The notes beneath the pieces were generated by a model. The model saw nothing but the letters and a program-made list of their open reading frames with translations, searched no databases and had not been told where the DNA came from. 64,000 nucleotides of DNA from Arenicellales bacterium (GTDB taxonomy: Bacteria > Pseudomonadota > Gammaproteobacteria > BMS3Bbin11). Positions 30,243 to 40,819 of this stretch are shown here, piece after piece. Position numbers and translations under genes: made by a program. Location of the stretch: assembly GCA_029287915.1 (NCBI GenBank), contig JARFQE010000055.1, forward strand, positions 293 to 64,292, given 5' to 3'. Position 1 is the first letter of the stretch, and each line of letters begins with the position of its first letter.

Positions 30243-31730
30243 ATGTTTTTGAAAAAATCTGAATTTGATTCCTATGCCGCTAGCGGCTATACACGCATAC
30301 CTGTTGTGCGTGAAGTGCTGGCCGATCTCGATACTCCGTTAAGCACCTATATCAAACTCGCTGGCAGTGAGTATTCCTATTTATTTGAATCCGTCTCTGG
30401 CAGCGAGAAAGCAAGTCGTTACTCCATCATCGGCCTGTCAGCGAGACGACTATTTCGTGCTAGCGGTAATCAAGTAGAAATACTCGAGGATGGGGAGATT
30501 GTTGAATCCCTGACAGTCATTGATCCTCTAGAGGCAGTGCGTGAGTATCTGCAAAGATTCAAGGCTCCTGATATCGAAGATCTGCCTCGTTTCACTGGTG
30601 GTCTGGTCGGGTATTTCGCATACGATACCATTCGCTATATCGAGCCCAGCCTGGGCGAGAGCCGGCATCCAGATCCATTGCAGACACCTGATATTCTACT
30701 GATGGTGTCAGATGAAATTCTTATCTTTGACAAACTCAAAGGGCGTTTGTTTATAGTCATCAATGTCGATCCACGTGAGGAAAATGCGTGGGAGTCTGGT
30801 CAGCAGCGTATTGAAGAGCTGATAGGGCAGCTTGATAAGCCACTATCACATCAGCGTAAAGCCTCTACCTCCGTGGTAAGCGAAGATGATTTCCTTTCTG
30901 GTTTCACTCGGGAGGGCTATATGCAGGCTGTTGAGCGAGCGCGTGAATATATACGTGCTGGTGACATCATGCAGGTCGTATTATCGCAACGCATGAGCAT
31001 TCCCTACCAGGCTAAAGCGCTGGATCTGTATCGAGCACTGCGTACGCTGAACCCTTCACCCTATATGTACTTCATGAACCTCGGTGATTTTCAGGTGGTC
31101 GGATCGTCACCAGAAATTCTGGTGCAGGTGGATTCAGGTAAGGCCACAGTAAGGCCGATAGCTGGCACACGGCCTCGCGGTAAAACTGAGGCTGAGGATG
31201 TGGCAATGGAACAGGACCTGCTGGCTGATCCTAAAGAACTGGCTGAGCATCTTATGCTGGTTGATCTTGGACGAAATGACCTGGGCCGCATTGCTGAGAT
31301 CGGTAGTGTAGAACTTACCGAACGCATGGTTATTGAACGTTACTCTCATGTTATGCATATTGTTTCCAATGTGGTCTGTGATATACGTAAAGAGTTTGAT
31401 GCTATTGATGTTCTAAGAGCCACTTTTCCGGCCGGTACAGTTAGTGGCGCGCCAAAAATCAGGGCGATGGAAATCATTGATGAACTGGAGCCGGTCAAAA
31501 GAGGCGTTTATTCCGGTGCAGTAGGTTATCTTGGCTGGAACGGAAACATGGATACAGCTATCGCTATTCGCACCTCGGTAATCAAGGATGGCATGCTCAA
31601 TATACAGGTTGGTGCCGGCATAGTCGCTGACTCTCAACCCGATATGGAATGGGAAGAGACCCTGAATAAGGGTAGAGCAACATTCCGGGCTGTGGCAATG
31701 GCTGCAGGCGGTTTCAGGCAACTTAGCTAA
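30243..31730 (+). CDS. trpE: Anthranilate synthase component I
   Basis: [50 protein letters not shown]. Confidence 0.96.
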   Translation: MFLKKSEFDSYAASGYTRIPVVREVLADLDTPLSTYIKLAGSEYSYLFESVSGSEKASRYSIIGLSARRLFRASGNQVEILEDGEIVESLTVIDPLEAVREYLQRFKAPDIEDLPRFTGGLVGYFAYDTIRYIEPSLGESRHPDPLQTPDILLMVSDEILIFDKLKGRLFIVINVDPREENAWESGQQRIEELIGQLDKPLSHQRKASTSVVSEDDFLSGFTREGYMQAVERAREYIRAGDIMQVVLSQRMSIPYQAKALDLYRALRTLNPSPYMYFMNLGDFQVVGSSPEILVQVDSGKATVRPIAGTRPRGKTEAEDVAMEQDLLADPKELAEHLMLVDLGRNDLGRIAEIGSVELTERMVIERYSHVMHIVSNVVCDIRKEFDAIDVLRATFPAGTVSGAPKIRAMEIIDELEPVKRGVYSGAVGYLGWNGNMDTAIAIRTSVIKDGMLNIQVGAGIVADSQPDMEWEETLNKGRATFRAVAMAAGGFRQLS

Positions 31731-31741
31731 GGAGGCATAAC

Positions 31742-32320
31742 ATGTTGTTGATGATTGATAATTATGACTCCTTCACCTACAACCTGGTGCAGTACTTTGG
31801 GGAATTGGGTGCCGATGTTCACATACACCGGAATGATAAGATTAGCCTGGATGAAATAGAAGTGATGCAGCCGCAGAGAATCGTTATATCACCCGGCCCC
31901 TGTACACCAAATGAAGCAGGGATCTCTGTTGAAGTTATTAAACATTTCAGTGGCCGCGTGCCGATACTGGGCGTCTGCCTGGGTCACCAGAGTATCGGAC
32001 AGGCCTTTGGTGGCAAAATCGTTCGTGCGAAAACCCTGATGCATGGCAAGATCTCGATGATCCATCATAATAACTCTGGTGTATTCAGGGGACTGCAAAA
32101 CCCTTTGCAGGCGACTCGCTATCATTCACTGGTTATTGATCGTGAAACGCTTCCCGCATGCCTGGAAGTAACGGCCTGGACCGATGATGATGAGATTATG
32201 GGCGTGCGACACCGGACACTGGATGTAGAAGGTGTACAATTTCATCCAGAATCTATTTTGACCCATCAGGGGCATGAACTACTGGCTAATTTTCTTGCAG
32301 AAAGAAAGGACGGAAGTTGA
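31742..32320 (+). CDS. trpG: Anthranilate synthase component II (glutamine amidotransferase)
   Basis: [35 protein letters not shown]. Confidence 0.95.
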   Translation: MLLMIDNYDSFTYNLVQYFGELGADVHIHRNDKISLDEIEVMQPQRIVISPGPCTPNEAGISVEVIKHFSGRVPILGVCLGHQSIGQAFGGKIVRAKTLMHGKISMIHHNNSGVFRGLQNPLQATRYHSLVIDRETLPACLEVTAWTDDDEIMGVRHRTLDVEGVQFHPESILTHQGHELLANFLAERKDGS

Positions 32321-32410
32321 AAGTTCCAAGTTCCAAGCTCCAAGTTAAACCCGTATCGATTTTTTTGTCTTCTGTGTTTGCTTGGAACCTGGGACCTGGA
32401 TCTTGGGGCT
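32321..32410. repeat. Intergenic inverted heptamer-repeat element
   Basis: Left arm aagttcc-aagttcc-aagctcc-aagtt; right arm cttggaac-ctgggac-ctggatc-ttgggg is its reverse complement; 34-nt spacer. Confidence 0.7.
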
Positions 32411-32435
32411 AAAAAACGACTAAAGGATTTAAGTT

Positions 32436-33452
32436 ATGGACATGCAAACCGCCATTCAATATGTAATCTCGGACAAAAACCTGGCCGCGAGCGAGATGCG
32501 TCATGTTATGCAGTTGATTATGACTGGACAGGCCACGCCAGCTCAGGTCGGCGGATTCCTGATAGGCCTGCGCTGCAAAGGTGAAACCGTCGATGAGATC
32601 GCAGCTGCTGCACAGGTGATGCGTGAACTTGCCGATCACGTCAATGTTACGCCTGATTATCTAGTGGATACCTGTGGTACCGGGGGTGACTCCAGTAATA
32701 CATTTAATGTCTCTACCAGTTCTGCATTTGTTGTTGCAGCAGCCGGTGGCAGGGTTGCCAAGCATGGTAATCGTTCCATATCTAGCAACAGTGGCAGTGC
32801 AGACGTGCTGGAAGCTGCCGGTGTCAGGCTTGACCTGACAGCTGAGCAGGTGGCGGAGTGCGTCAATGAAATCGGCGTGGGTTTCATGTTCGCGCCTTTA
32901 CATCACAGTGCTATGAAACATGCCATCGGTCCGCGCAAGGAGATGGCGGTTAGAACTATTTTCAATATCCTCGGCCCGTTAACAAATCCTGCAGGTGCAC
33001 CAAACCAGGTGTTGGGCGTGTTCGCAAATGAGCTGCTGGAACCGTTGGCAGAAGTTTTGTCCAGGCTGGGCAGCCGTCATGTACTGGTAGTACATGGAGA
33101 AGACGGCATGGATGAGATCAGCATCTCTGCACCCACTCATGTTGCCGAACTAAATGACTCAGCGATCAGCACCTATACCGTGACGCCTGAACAATTTGAT
33201 ATGGCAACTCAGCCTATAGAAAAAATCAAAGTCAATGATATCGAAAGCAGTCTTCGAATGATGAATGATGTGCTGGCAAATGTAGATGGTGCGGCCAGGG
33301 ATATCGTTGCCCTGAATGCCGGTGCTGCCATTTACGCCAGTGGGCTTACCGATGAGCTCGATACAGGTGTAAAACTAGCGCTGGAAGTGCTCTCATCTGG
33401 TGCTGCAGCCGATCGATTACAGCAACTCGTCAATATGACCAATCAGTTCTGA
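32436..33452 (+). CDS. trpD: Anthranilate phosphoribosyltransferase
   Basis: [41 protein letters not shown]. Confidence 0.97.
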   Translation: MDMQTAIQYVISDKNLAASEMRHVMQLIMTGQATPAQVGGFLIGLRCKGETVDEIAAAAQVMRELADHVNVTPDYLVDTCGTGGDSSNTFNVSTSSAFVVAAAGGRVAKHGNRSISSNSGSADVLEAAGVRLDLTAEQVAECVNEIGVGFMFAPLHHSAMKHAIGPRKEMAVRTIFNILGPLTNPAGAPNQVLGVFANELLEPLAEVLSRLGSRHVLVVHGEDGMDEISISAPTHVAELNDSAISTYTVTPEQFDMATQPIEKIKVNDIESSLRMMNDVLANVDGAARDIVALNAGAAIYASGLTDELDTGVKLALEVLSSGAAADRLQQLVNMTNQF

Positions 33453-34258
33453 TGAGCAAGGTCGCAGATATTCTATTAAAGATACTCGATACCAAGGCTC
33501 GAGAAGTCGAGCAGAGTAAACAACAAGTTTCGTTACAGCAGATCAAGTCCGAACTTGAAAGCATTGCACCCACCAGGGATTTTGTCGGTGCCATCAGGGA
33601 ACGTGTCGAGGCAGGCAGGGTGGCAACCATTGCAGAAATCAAAAAAGCCTCTCCAAGCAAGGGCGTCATACGCGAGGACTTTAACCCGGCACAGATTGCA
33701 CGCAGTTATGAAAACGGCGGAGCTGCCTGTCTGTCGGTGTTGACCGATGTAGAGTATTTTCAGGGTGATGATGCCTATCTGCAGCAGGCTAAAGCGGCTT
33801 GTATGTTACCGGTATTACGCAAGGAATTTATCATAGACCCCTACCAGGTCTATGAATCCCGTCTGATCGGTGCTGATTGCATCTTGTTGATTGTGGCTGC
33901 ACTGGATGATCTACAGCTACGGGAATTTACCAAACTGGCACATTCGCTTGATATGGGGGTACTGGTAGAAGTGCATGATGCAGAAGAGTTGTCGCGTGCG
34001 TTGATGCTTAACACAACCCTAATAGGTATCAACAATCGAAATCTGCGTACCTTTGAAACCACGCTGCAGACGACGATTTCACTGCTTGCTGGGATACCTG
34101 ATGACCGGATTGTCGTCACCGAGAGTGGTATACATGATCGTTCCGATGTAGAGAGTATGCTGGCACATAATGTGCGTGCTTTCCTGATTGGCGAAACCTT
34201 TATGCGTGCACAACAGCCGGGTGATAGACTGGCACAATTGTTCGAGGGGCAATTATGA
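33452..34258 (+). CDS. trpC: Indole-3-glycerol phosphate synthase
   Basis: [39 protein letters not shown]. Confidence 0.97.
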   Translation: MSKVADILLKILDTKAREVEQSKQQVSLQQIKSELESIAPTRDFVGAIRERVEAGRVATIAEIKKASPSKGVIREDFNPAQIARSYENGGAACLSVLTDVEYFQGDDAYLQQAKAACMLPVLRKEFIIDPYQVYESRLIGADCILLIVAALDDLQLREFTKLAHSLDMGVLVEVHDAEELSRALMLNTTLIGINNRNLRTFETTLQTTISLLAGIPDDRIVVTESGIHDRSDVESMLAHNVRAFLIGETFMRAQQPGDRLAQLFEGQL

Positions 34259-34674
34259 AAGTAGAAGTCGAGTGGGTTGGTGGAAAGGCATTTGAGGCTG
34301 TTGCTGACAGCGGGCACAAGGTGATAATGGATGCCAGTCCAGAAGTCGGTGGAGAAAACCGTGGCTCCAGGCCAATGGAAATGATCTTGATGGGGCTTGG
34401 TGGCTGTTCCTCAATCGACGTGGTGATGATGTTAGAAAAATCACGCCAGGATGTCACTGATTGCAGGGTGGTGATAGAGGCACAGCGTGCAGATGCTATT
34501 CCCGCTGTGTTTACACATATACATGTGCATTTTATTGTCACAGGCCGCGGATTGAATGCCAAACAGGTTGAGCGCGCGGTCAAGTTATCTGCTGAGAAGT
34601 ATTGTTCGGTATCGATTATGCTGGCGCAGGCTGTAGTAATGAGTCATGATTTTGAAATCAGAGAAACAGAGTAA
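34255..34674 (+). CDS. OsmC family protein (YhfA-like)
   Basis: [19 protein letters not shown] and [10 protein letters not shown]; ATGA overlap with trpC. Confidence 0.92.
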   Translation: MKVEVEWVGGKAFEAVADSGHKVIMDASPEVGGENRGSRPMEMILMGLGGCSSIDVVMMLEKSRQDVTDCRVVIEAQRADAIPAVFTHIHVHFIVTGRGLNAKQVERAVKLSAEKYCSVSIMLAQAVVMSHDFEIRETE

Positions 34675-34734
34675 AGAAAAGAGGGAACATGAAAACCTCA
34701 ATAACAGATAGTTAAAATCTAAAACGAATAATCT

Positions 34735-36417
34735 ATGCAGGATCCGCAACAAACAACCGAGCGTTTCGATACTATCCTTGATAGCTATTATAAAGCCTGG
34801 TTCCGTTATCATCCTGAAACAGCAGTTGAGGTGGGTCGCGATGAGTATGCAGGGCTTTTAACGCCTTATGGTGATGATGATATTGGCGCATTGGTAACTC
34901 TTAATCGCGAATTGATGTTCAGTCTTGATGAACTGGATACCGAGGCGCTGGATGCCGACAGGCTAATCGATTATGAACTGGCCTGGAGTAGTGCAGCACT
35001 GGAGACAGAGGAAATACTTGAGGCAGACTGGCGCTATCGGGATCCGGAGCGTTATTTGCCGGTCAATGCGATCTATCAACTGCTAATGCGACCAGTAAGT
35101 GATTTTGAGCAGGCCCTTGCGACACGATTAACAGACATACCCCAATATCTCCGTGGTGCACGTCAGAAACTCAGTACAAAGGCGGACAGGATTGCTCCGC
35201 TGTGGCTGAAGTCTGCACTGCAGACAGCTCGTGAAGGTGCGCATTTCATTCGTTCTATTCCACAGCACCCCCGTTTATCAGAATGTAATCGGGCAATCGT
35301 GGACCTGAACGGTATGATCAATAAGGCAGCAACAGCACTGGAGAACTTTGCCAGCTGTATTGAAAGCGATTTGTTGCCACAAGCGGCGGGAAATTTTGCC
35401 TGTGGCGAACGTCATTTTAGTCACATTCTAGGTTTCCGGCACTTTCTAGATATCAATCCAGATCAACTGCATAAGCTAGGGAGTGAACTGTTTGATGAAA
35501 CGGCATCACGTTTGCGTGAAGCTTGTATGGTACTGAATGGCAATGATGATATAGCTGGCATGAGCGCAAAGCTGGCTGAAAACCACCCTGCGGCTGAACA
35601 GCTGCTGGATAGCTATCGAAAGGCAATGCATGAGGCCCATCGATACCTGGTGAAGAATGATATTGTCAGCTTGCCTGCAGTTCAGAACCTGGCCATCATG
35701 AATACACCGGTTTTCCTGCGCCATGAAATCCCGATTGCTGCCTATCATGAGCCTGTGCCCAATGACAGTAAACAGCAGGCATGGTACTACGTCACACCAG
35801 TTAGTGATGCTGAACAACTGGGCCAGCATGACTATGCATCGATAAAACAGACCAGTGTGCACGAGGCCTGGCCTGGACATCATCTGCAGTTTGTTACTGC
35901 CAATATGAATCCCGTTGCCCGCAGTCTGCCTAGATTATTGAATCCTTCGGCCACAATGTATGAAGGATGGGCACTATACTGTGAACAGATGATGTATGAG
36001 CAGGGTTTTTCCCAGGCAGCAGAGCAAGAGTTCGTTATGTTGAAAGACAGGCTGTGGAGGGCCATGCGCATTATGATTGATGTCGAAATGCACTGTCGTG
36101 GACTGTCCATAGAGGATGCCGCGAAGCGTATGGTTGATGAACTCGGCATGCATCACGAGCAGGCAATGGCCGATTTGTTATGGTATACACGTTCACCGGG
36201 CGTACCGATGGGTTATGCGACTGGCTGGGTGCTAATTAACTGCTTGCGTAAGCAGCAGAAGCAACAGCAGGGAGAAAAATTTTCCCTCAAAGAGTTTCAT
36301 GATGAATTGCTTTCAGGTGGTTCTATGGCATTGGCATTAGTGATTCGGCGTGTGTTCGGTGATGAAGTGTGGGCAGATATCGAGAGTGAAGTTTTTTCCA
36401 TAGAAAAGGCAGATTGA
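34735..36417 (+). CDS. DUF885 family protein
   Basis: HEAWPGHHLQ, EGWALYCE, LWRAMRIMID, FSLKEFHD; no signal peptide apparent. Confidence 0.88.
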   Translation: MQDPQQTTERFDTILDSYYKAWFRYHPETAVEVGRDEYAGLLTPYGDDDIGALVTLNRELMFSLDELDTEALDADRLIDYELAWSSAALETEEILEADWRYRDPERYLPVNAIYQLLMRPVSDFEQALATRLTDIPQYLRGARQKLSTKADRIAPLWLKSALQTAREGAHFIRSIPQHPRLSECNRAIVDLNGMINKAATALENFASCIESDLLPQAAGNFACGERHFSHILGFRHFLDINPDQLHKLGSELFDETASRLREACMVLNGNDDIAGMSAKLAENHPAAEQLLDSYRKAMHEAHRYLVKNDIVSLPAVQNLAIMNTPVFLRHEIPIAAYHEPVPNDSKQQAWYYVTPVSDAEQLGQHDYASIKQTSVHEAWPGHHLQFVTANMNPVARSLPRLLNPSATMYEGWALYCEQMMYEQGFSQAAEQEFVMLKDRLWRAMRIMIDVEMHCRGLSIEDAAKRMVDELGMHHEQAMADLLWYTRSPGVPMGYATGWVLINCLRKQQKQQQGEKFSLKEFHDELLSGGSMALALVIRRVFGDEVWADIESEVFSIEKAD

Positions 36418-36422
36418 AGGCT

Positions 36423-36815
36423 ATGAACAGCAAACGACCACCATCTACTATGGGCATGAGGCATATTGCATTAAATGTCGTCAATTTCACAGAAACTGAA
36501 TATTTCTATGTTGAGCTGCTGGGTATGCGGGTAGAGTGGCGACCTGACCCGGACAACGTTTATCTAACTTCTGGTAATGATAATCTTGCCCTGCACTATG
36601 TCGATAAACAACCTGCTGGCCCACAGCATCTAGACCATATCGGTTTTATCATCGGCGAAATGGTGCAGGTAGATCTCTGGTATGAATTTTTGCTGCAGCA
36701 TGATATTGAAATCTTCAAGCCACCAAAAACGCATCGTGACGGTGCGCGCAGTTTTTACTGCCGTGATCCAGACGGTAATGTGGTACAGATGATTTATCAT
36801 CCTCCGCTGGTTTAG
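36423..36815 (+). CDS. VOC/glyoxalase family protein
   Basis: GMRHIAL, FYVELLGM, LDHIGF, HRDGARSFYCRDPDGN. Confidence 0.88.
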   Translation: MNSKRPPSTMGMRHIALNVVNFTETEYFYVELLGMRVEWRPDPDNVYLTSGNDNLALHYVDKQPAGPQHLDHIGFIIGEMVQVDLWYEFLLQHDIEIFKPPKTHRDGARSFYCRDPDGNVVQMIYHPPLV

Positions 36816-36979
36816 ATCTATTTTGTCCGCAGTGGCCCATGTAGAAACACGTAAACTCTCTTGCGGATGAAAAATCATGGACAAATCGAATGAAAAATCC
36901 TGACACCGAAAAAAACATATCTTGTAGGGTATGGAGAGTCATCCGTGGATGATTGATGGACCCATTATGTAAAAAAAAA

Positions 36980-38845
36980 CTAGTCATCTAGATCTTCCCA
37001 TCGCTGATAGGCCTGCTCAAGCTTGTTATCTATTTCGGCAAGTTTTTTCTGATCACTGGCAATTTCTTCTTTATCACGCTTGTAATAGTCCGCTTTAGCC
37101 ATCTCGTCATGCAGCAGCTGTTGCGCCAGTTCCAGCTGTTCAATCTTCTCAGGCAGTTCATCCAGTTCACGCTGAAGTTTATAGCTGAGCTTGGTCTGTT
37201 TTTTTGGGCTTGATCTGGTAGGGGCTGTTTTTTGTAGCGGCCGGGTTTTTAACGTGCCTGCTGCGCGCTGTCTCTCCCAGTCATCGTATCCACCAACATA
37301 TTCGCGTATCACGCCATTGCCCTCAAATGACAGTGTAGAGGTGACAACGTCATTGATAAAGCTGCGATCATGACTAATCAGTAACAGGGTGCCGGTATAT
37401 TCGACTAATAATTGTTCGAGCAGATCCAGGGTTTCGAAATCAAGATCATTGGTGGGTTCATCAAGAACCAGTACATTGGACGGGCGGCAAAACATGCGAG
37501 CCAGCAATAGACGGTTTTTCTCCCCGCCTGACAGTGCATTAACCGGGCTGCGTGCCCTGTCGGGGCTGAAAAGGAAGTCCTGCAGGTAGCTGATAACGTG
37601 TTTTTCTCTGCCATTTAACGTTACAGTATCTTTGCCTAATGCAAGATTGTCGATTACCGTAGCATTTTCATCCAGCTGCGCACGTTGCTGATCAAAATAG
37701 CCAATATCGAGGCGCGTGCCGTGCTTTATGCTTCCTGACTTGGGTTGCAGTTCTCCTAATAACAAACGCAGCAGGGTAGTTTTACCAATACCATTTGGGC
37801 CAAGTAAGCCAATCTTGTCGCCACGCATAATAGTTATAGAAAAATTATCGACAATTACCTGCTTACCATAGGAATAGCTTACATTTACTGCTTCAATCAC
37901 TATTTTGCCTGAACGATCACTCTGCTGGATGGCTATATTTACATTACCTACCCGCTCACGCCGAGCCTGACGCTGTCGTCGTAGCTCTTGCAGTGCCCTG
38001 ACACGGCCTTCATTGCGAGTTCGCCTGGCTTTGATGCCCTGACGTATCCAGGCTTCTTCAGCGGCAAGTTTTTTATCCTGTTCAGATTCTTGCTTGAGTT
38101 CAGCGGCAAGCATCTGTTCACGGTTTTTTCGATAAGTATCGTAATCACCTGGCCAGGAAGTAAGTTGCCCTCGCTCAAGCTCGATAATGCGGGTCGCCAG
38201 GCGTCGTACGAAGCGCCTGTCATGCGAGACAAATAACAGGGTGGTGTTTTGAGCAAGTAAAAAATCTTCCAGCCATTCGATCATGTCGATATCGAGATGA
38301 TTGGTCGGTTCGTCCAGCAGCAGTATATCGGGTTCCTGTACCAGTGCACGGCCAAGCAGAACACGACGTGACTGCCCACCTGATAATGATTGAAAATCAT
38401 CATCACCGTTAAGCAAAAGTTTTGACAGCACAGTTTCTATGCGTTGATGGTAATGCCAGCCATTGCCGGCATCAATCTGCTCCTGCAGCTTTTGCATGCG
38501 CTGCATGTCAGGGGGGTTATCTGTTTGATGAATGAGGCGATGATATTCATACAGCTGTTGACCGACCTCCCCCAGGCCGGATGCTATTACGGCATAGTTT
38601 GTCCCGGAAACATCATCTGCCACTTGCTGGCTCATGCGGGCGACCACCAGTCCTGTACGAAACTGAATTTCCCCGGCGTCAGGCAGGATTTCCTCTGTGA
38701 GCAGTTTGAGCAGGGTAGATTTACCGCAGCCGTTGCGACCAAGCAGGGCGATGCGTTCGCCTTCCTCTATTCTGAGGTTGACGTTTTCCATCAATGGCGG
38801 ATGACCAAATCCCAGTGAAATATCACGCAGGGTAACGAGACTCAT
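36980..38845 (-). CDS. uup: ABC-F ATPase Uup
   Basis: Two ABC domains (GRNGCGKS, GPNGIGKT, LSGG, DEPTN), linker WIRQGIKARRTRNEGRVRAL, C-terminal KLSYKLQREL coiled coil. Confidence 0.94.
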   Translation of the reverse strand: MSLVTLRDISLGFGHPPLMENVNLRIEEGERIALLGRNGCGKSTLLKLLTEEILPDAGEIQFRTGLVVARMSQQVADDVSGTNYAVIASGLGEVGQQLYEYHRLIHQTDNPPDMQRMQKLQEQIDAGNGWHYHQRIETVLSKLLLNGDDDFQSLSGGQSRRVLLGRALVQEPDILLLDEPTNHLDIDMIEWLEDFLLAQNTTLLFVSHDRRFVRRLATRIIELERGQLTSWPGDYDTYRKNREQMLAAELKQESEQDKKLAAEEAWIRQGIKARRTRNEGRVRALQELRRQRQARRERVGNVNIAIQQSDRSGKIVIEAVNVSYSYGKQVIVDNFSITIMRGDKIGLLGPNGIGKTTLLRLLLGELQPKSGSIKHGTRLDIGYFDQQRAQLDENATVIDNLALGKDTVTLNGREKHVISYLQDFLFSPDRARSPVNALSGGEKNRLLLARMFCRPSNVLVLDEPTNDLDFETLDLLEQLLVEYTGTLLLISHDRSFINDVVTSTLSFEGNGVIREYVGGYDDWERQRAAGTLKTRPLQKTAPTRSSPKKQTKLSYKLQRELDELPEKIEQLELAQQLLHDEMAKADYYKRDKEEIASDQKKLAEIDNKLEQAYQRWEDLDD

Positions 38846-38945
38846 TTTGACAGAATATTGCGACTAAGGATTGCTTTTCAAAAAGCAGGAAGTTGTTTCA
38901 GGGTAGCGGGATTTGCTGGCCTGTCCATATTGCGGAGGCCTTAGT

Positions 38946-39119
38946 TCATTTGTCGTCCAGTTCAACCATATCAAACTCAGCTTTGGTGACACCGCAATCA
39001 GGGCATTGCCAGTTATCAGGTATATCATCCCAGCTGGTCCCCGGCGAAATGCCTTCATCAGGTAAGCCTCTTTCTTCTTCGTAGATAAAACCGCACACCG
39101 CACATTGCCATTTACGCAT
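38946..39119 (-). CDS. Rubredoxin
   Basis: MRKWQCAVCGFIY...IPDNWQCPDCG; GGAG RBS before ATG 39119. Confidence 0.95.
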   Translation of the reverse strand: MRKWQCAVCGFIYEEERGLPDEGISPGTSWDDIPDNWQCPDCGVTKAEFDMVELDDK

Positions 39120-39283
39120 ATTAGCTTCTCCAGTTTTGAGGGTTTCAGGGATGGCAGTTTGATGCCAAATAAGTGATAGTTTAACAGGAATAAGAAATAA
39201 GATGGGCTTGATATCAATAGGTGTTGGAATATAGTACGTCAGTGGTTCAAACTGTGTAGTACTAACTGTAAAGAGTATTTCGA

Positions 39284-39646
39284 ATGAGGTATGACGTGAC
39301 ACTAAATAACAGACTGGTTTCGGTAACTGTCAGTGATGCAGCGCTTATGCGTCTGAGAAAAAAGACGAAACCTCTACTGATTGATATTGAGCTTTACTTC
39401 AGTTGTCTAATCAAGAAAGTCTGCCATTTCCGTGAAACAGATTGTATTGGTGATTACGTCAGGGTGACAGATGGTCTGTATATTCATTTCAGGGCGACCA
39501 TGACCAACCAGTGTTCTATTGATAGGTTTGATAAAGACAATGTTGCTGATTTCCCGATCGTGAATCAGAAAGCCTATATACCCAAATGGGTCTATCTTGA
39601 TTTTTCCGCTAATAAGTGGAGCGGTGAGTTTGGATACGTGGAGTAA
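39284..39646 (+). CDS. Hypothetical protein (120 aa, ELYFSC motif)
   Basis: Open ORF filling the gap between rubredoxin and DUF2797; several Cys; no function recognised. Confidence 0.65.
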   Translation: MRYDVTLNNRLVSVTVSDAALMRLRKKTKPLLIDIELYFSCLIKKVCHFRETDCIGDYVRVTDGLYIHFRATMTNQCSIDRFDKDNVADFPIVNQKAYIPKWVYLDFSANKWSGEFGYVE

Positions 39647-39776
39647 TCTGTGAGCACTTCTCGTATAGATTAATGCCTGCCAGCTTATACAGCAAGAGAC
39701 TGTATTTCTACATGTAATCAACAGCTTTTGTGTGTTATAAACCTTAATATCCTTTTCGACGAGAACACATAAGGCC

Positions 39777-40598
39777 ATGCATCACGAGGGTAATCTCCGA
39801 AAACTCAAATCACACCTTACAGATCCCGTAGAATACGGTCTGCCTCTGGGCAAGATTGTCGTTCCACTCAAGCCACTGATCGGAAAATACATCTCCCTGC
39901 AATACACGGGACTGATTAATTGTATCCATTGTGGCCGCAAGACCAGCAAGAGCTTTGTTCAGGGCTATTGCTTTCCCTGTATGCGTAGTCTGCCGGAATG
40001 TGACAGCTGTATAGTGCGACCGGAGACCTGTCATTTTGCCGCCGGTACCTGCCGCGATGAGGAGTGGGGGCGGGCTCATTGCATGCAGGATCATATTGTC
40101 TATCTTGCCAATTCATCAGGTGCCAAGGTCGGTATCACGCGGCTTACCCAGGTGCCCACGCGCTGGATAGATCAGGGGGCCTCACAGGCTTTGCCGATAT
40201 TCCGCACCAATACACGACTACTTTCCGGCAAGCTGGAACATATCCTGAGACAAAATATTTCTGATCGTACTGACTGGCGTCGGATGCTGAAAGGTGAGCC
40301 GGAAGCTATCGATCTGGCTGCTGTAAGGGACCATTTGTTCGAGGTGATGGCACTACCGATAGAAGAACTGATCAATGATGAAGAAGAGAATGCGATCGAA
40401 ACACTGACATCGGCTGATTCGGTGGATGTCCATTATCCGGTGCTGGAATATCCTGACAAGGTAAAATCACTCAATTTTGACAAGACCCATGAAATTCACG
40501 GCATGTTGCTTGGCATCAAGGGGCAGTATCTGATTCTCGACAAGGGTGTTATCAACATCAGAAAATTCAGCGGTTATCATGTCAAATTAAGTTTTTGA
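39777..40598 (+). CDS. DUF2797 family Cys-rich protein
   Basis: CIHCGRKT.KSF.QGYCFPC, HIVYLANSS..KVGIT, RWIDQGA, GIKGQYL. Confidence 0.88.
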   Translation: MHHEGNLRKLKSHLTDPVEYGLPLGKIVVPLKPLIGKYISLQYTGLINCIHCGRKTSKSFVQGYCFPCMRSLPECDSCIVRPETCHFAAGTCRDEEWGRAHCMQDHIVYLANSSGAKVGITRLTQVPTRWIDQGASQALPIFRTNTRLLSGKLEHILRQNISDRTDWRRMLKGEPEAIDLAAVRDHLFEVMALPIEELINDEEENAIETLTSADSVDVHYPVLEYPDKVKSLNFDKTHEIHGMLLGIKGQYLILDKGVINIRKFSGYHVKLSF

Positions 40599-40819
40599 TT
40601 ATTGCGCTGCTGAATTGGGCTGTAATTTGAGGCGAATTAACGAGTAAAGTAATTTTATCTATTTGCTATTCTCCGGGCGGTTTTCCTTCCGCTCGTCGCA
40701 ACCATCGTTGTACAGTTTGTTTCTCTTTTGCCAGACACCTGCAGTACGATTCGACTGCGCCAGTGCAGCCATTTGCGGTATTTTATATCATTCCCCTGTC
40801 CGTTGAGGGTGAGGAATGG

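Noticed and set aside
39208-39217. TTGATATCAA as an FNR box upstream of rubredoxin
   Set aside because: FNR sites need a 4-nt spacer (TTGAT-N4-ATCAA); here the spacer is zero.
39120-39302. 61-aa N-terminal extension of rubredoxin in the ORF track
   Set aside because: GGAG RBS supports ATG 39119; the extension overlaps the divergent gene start and promoter region.
40600-40819. 220-nt gap with short open minus-strand frames, possibly a gene remnant or sRNA
   Set aside because: No recognisable motif, convincing start/RBS or structure; cannot be supported without a search.
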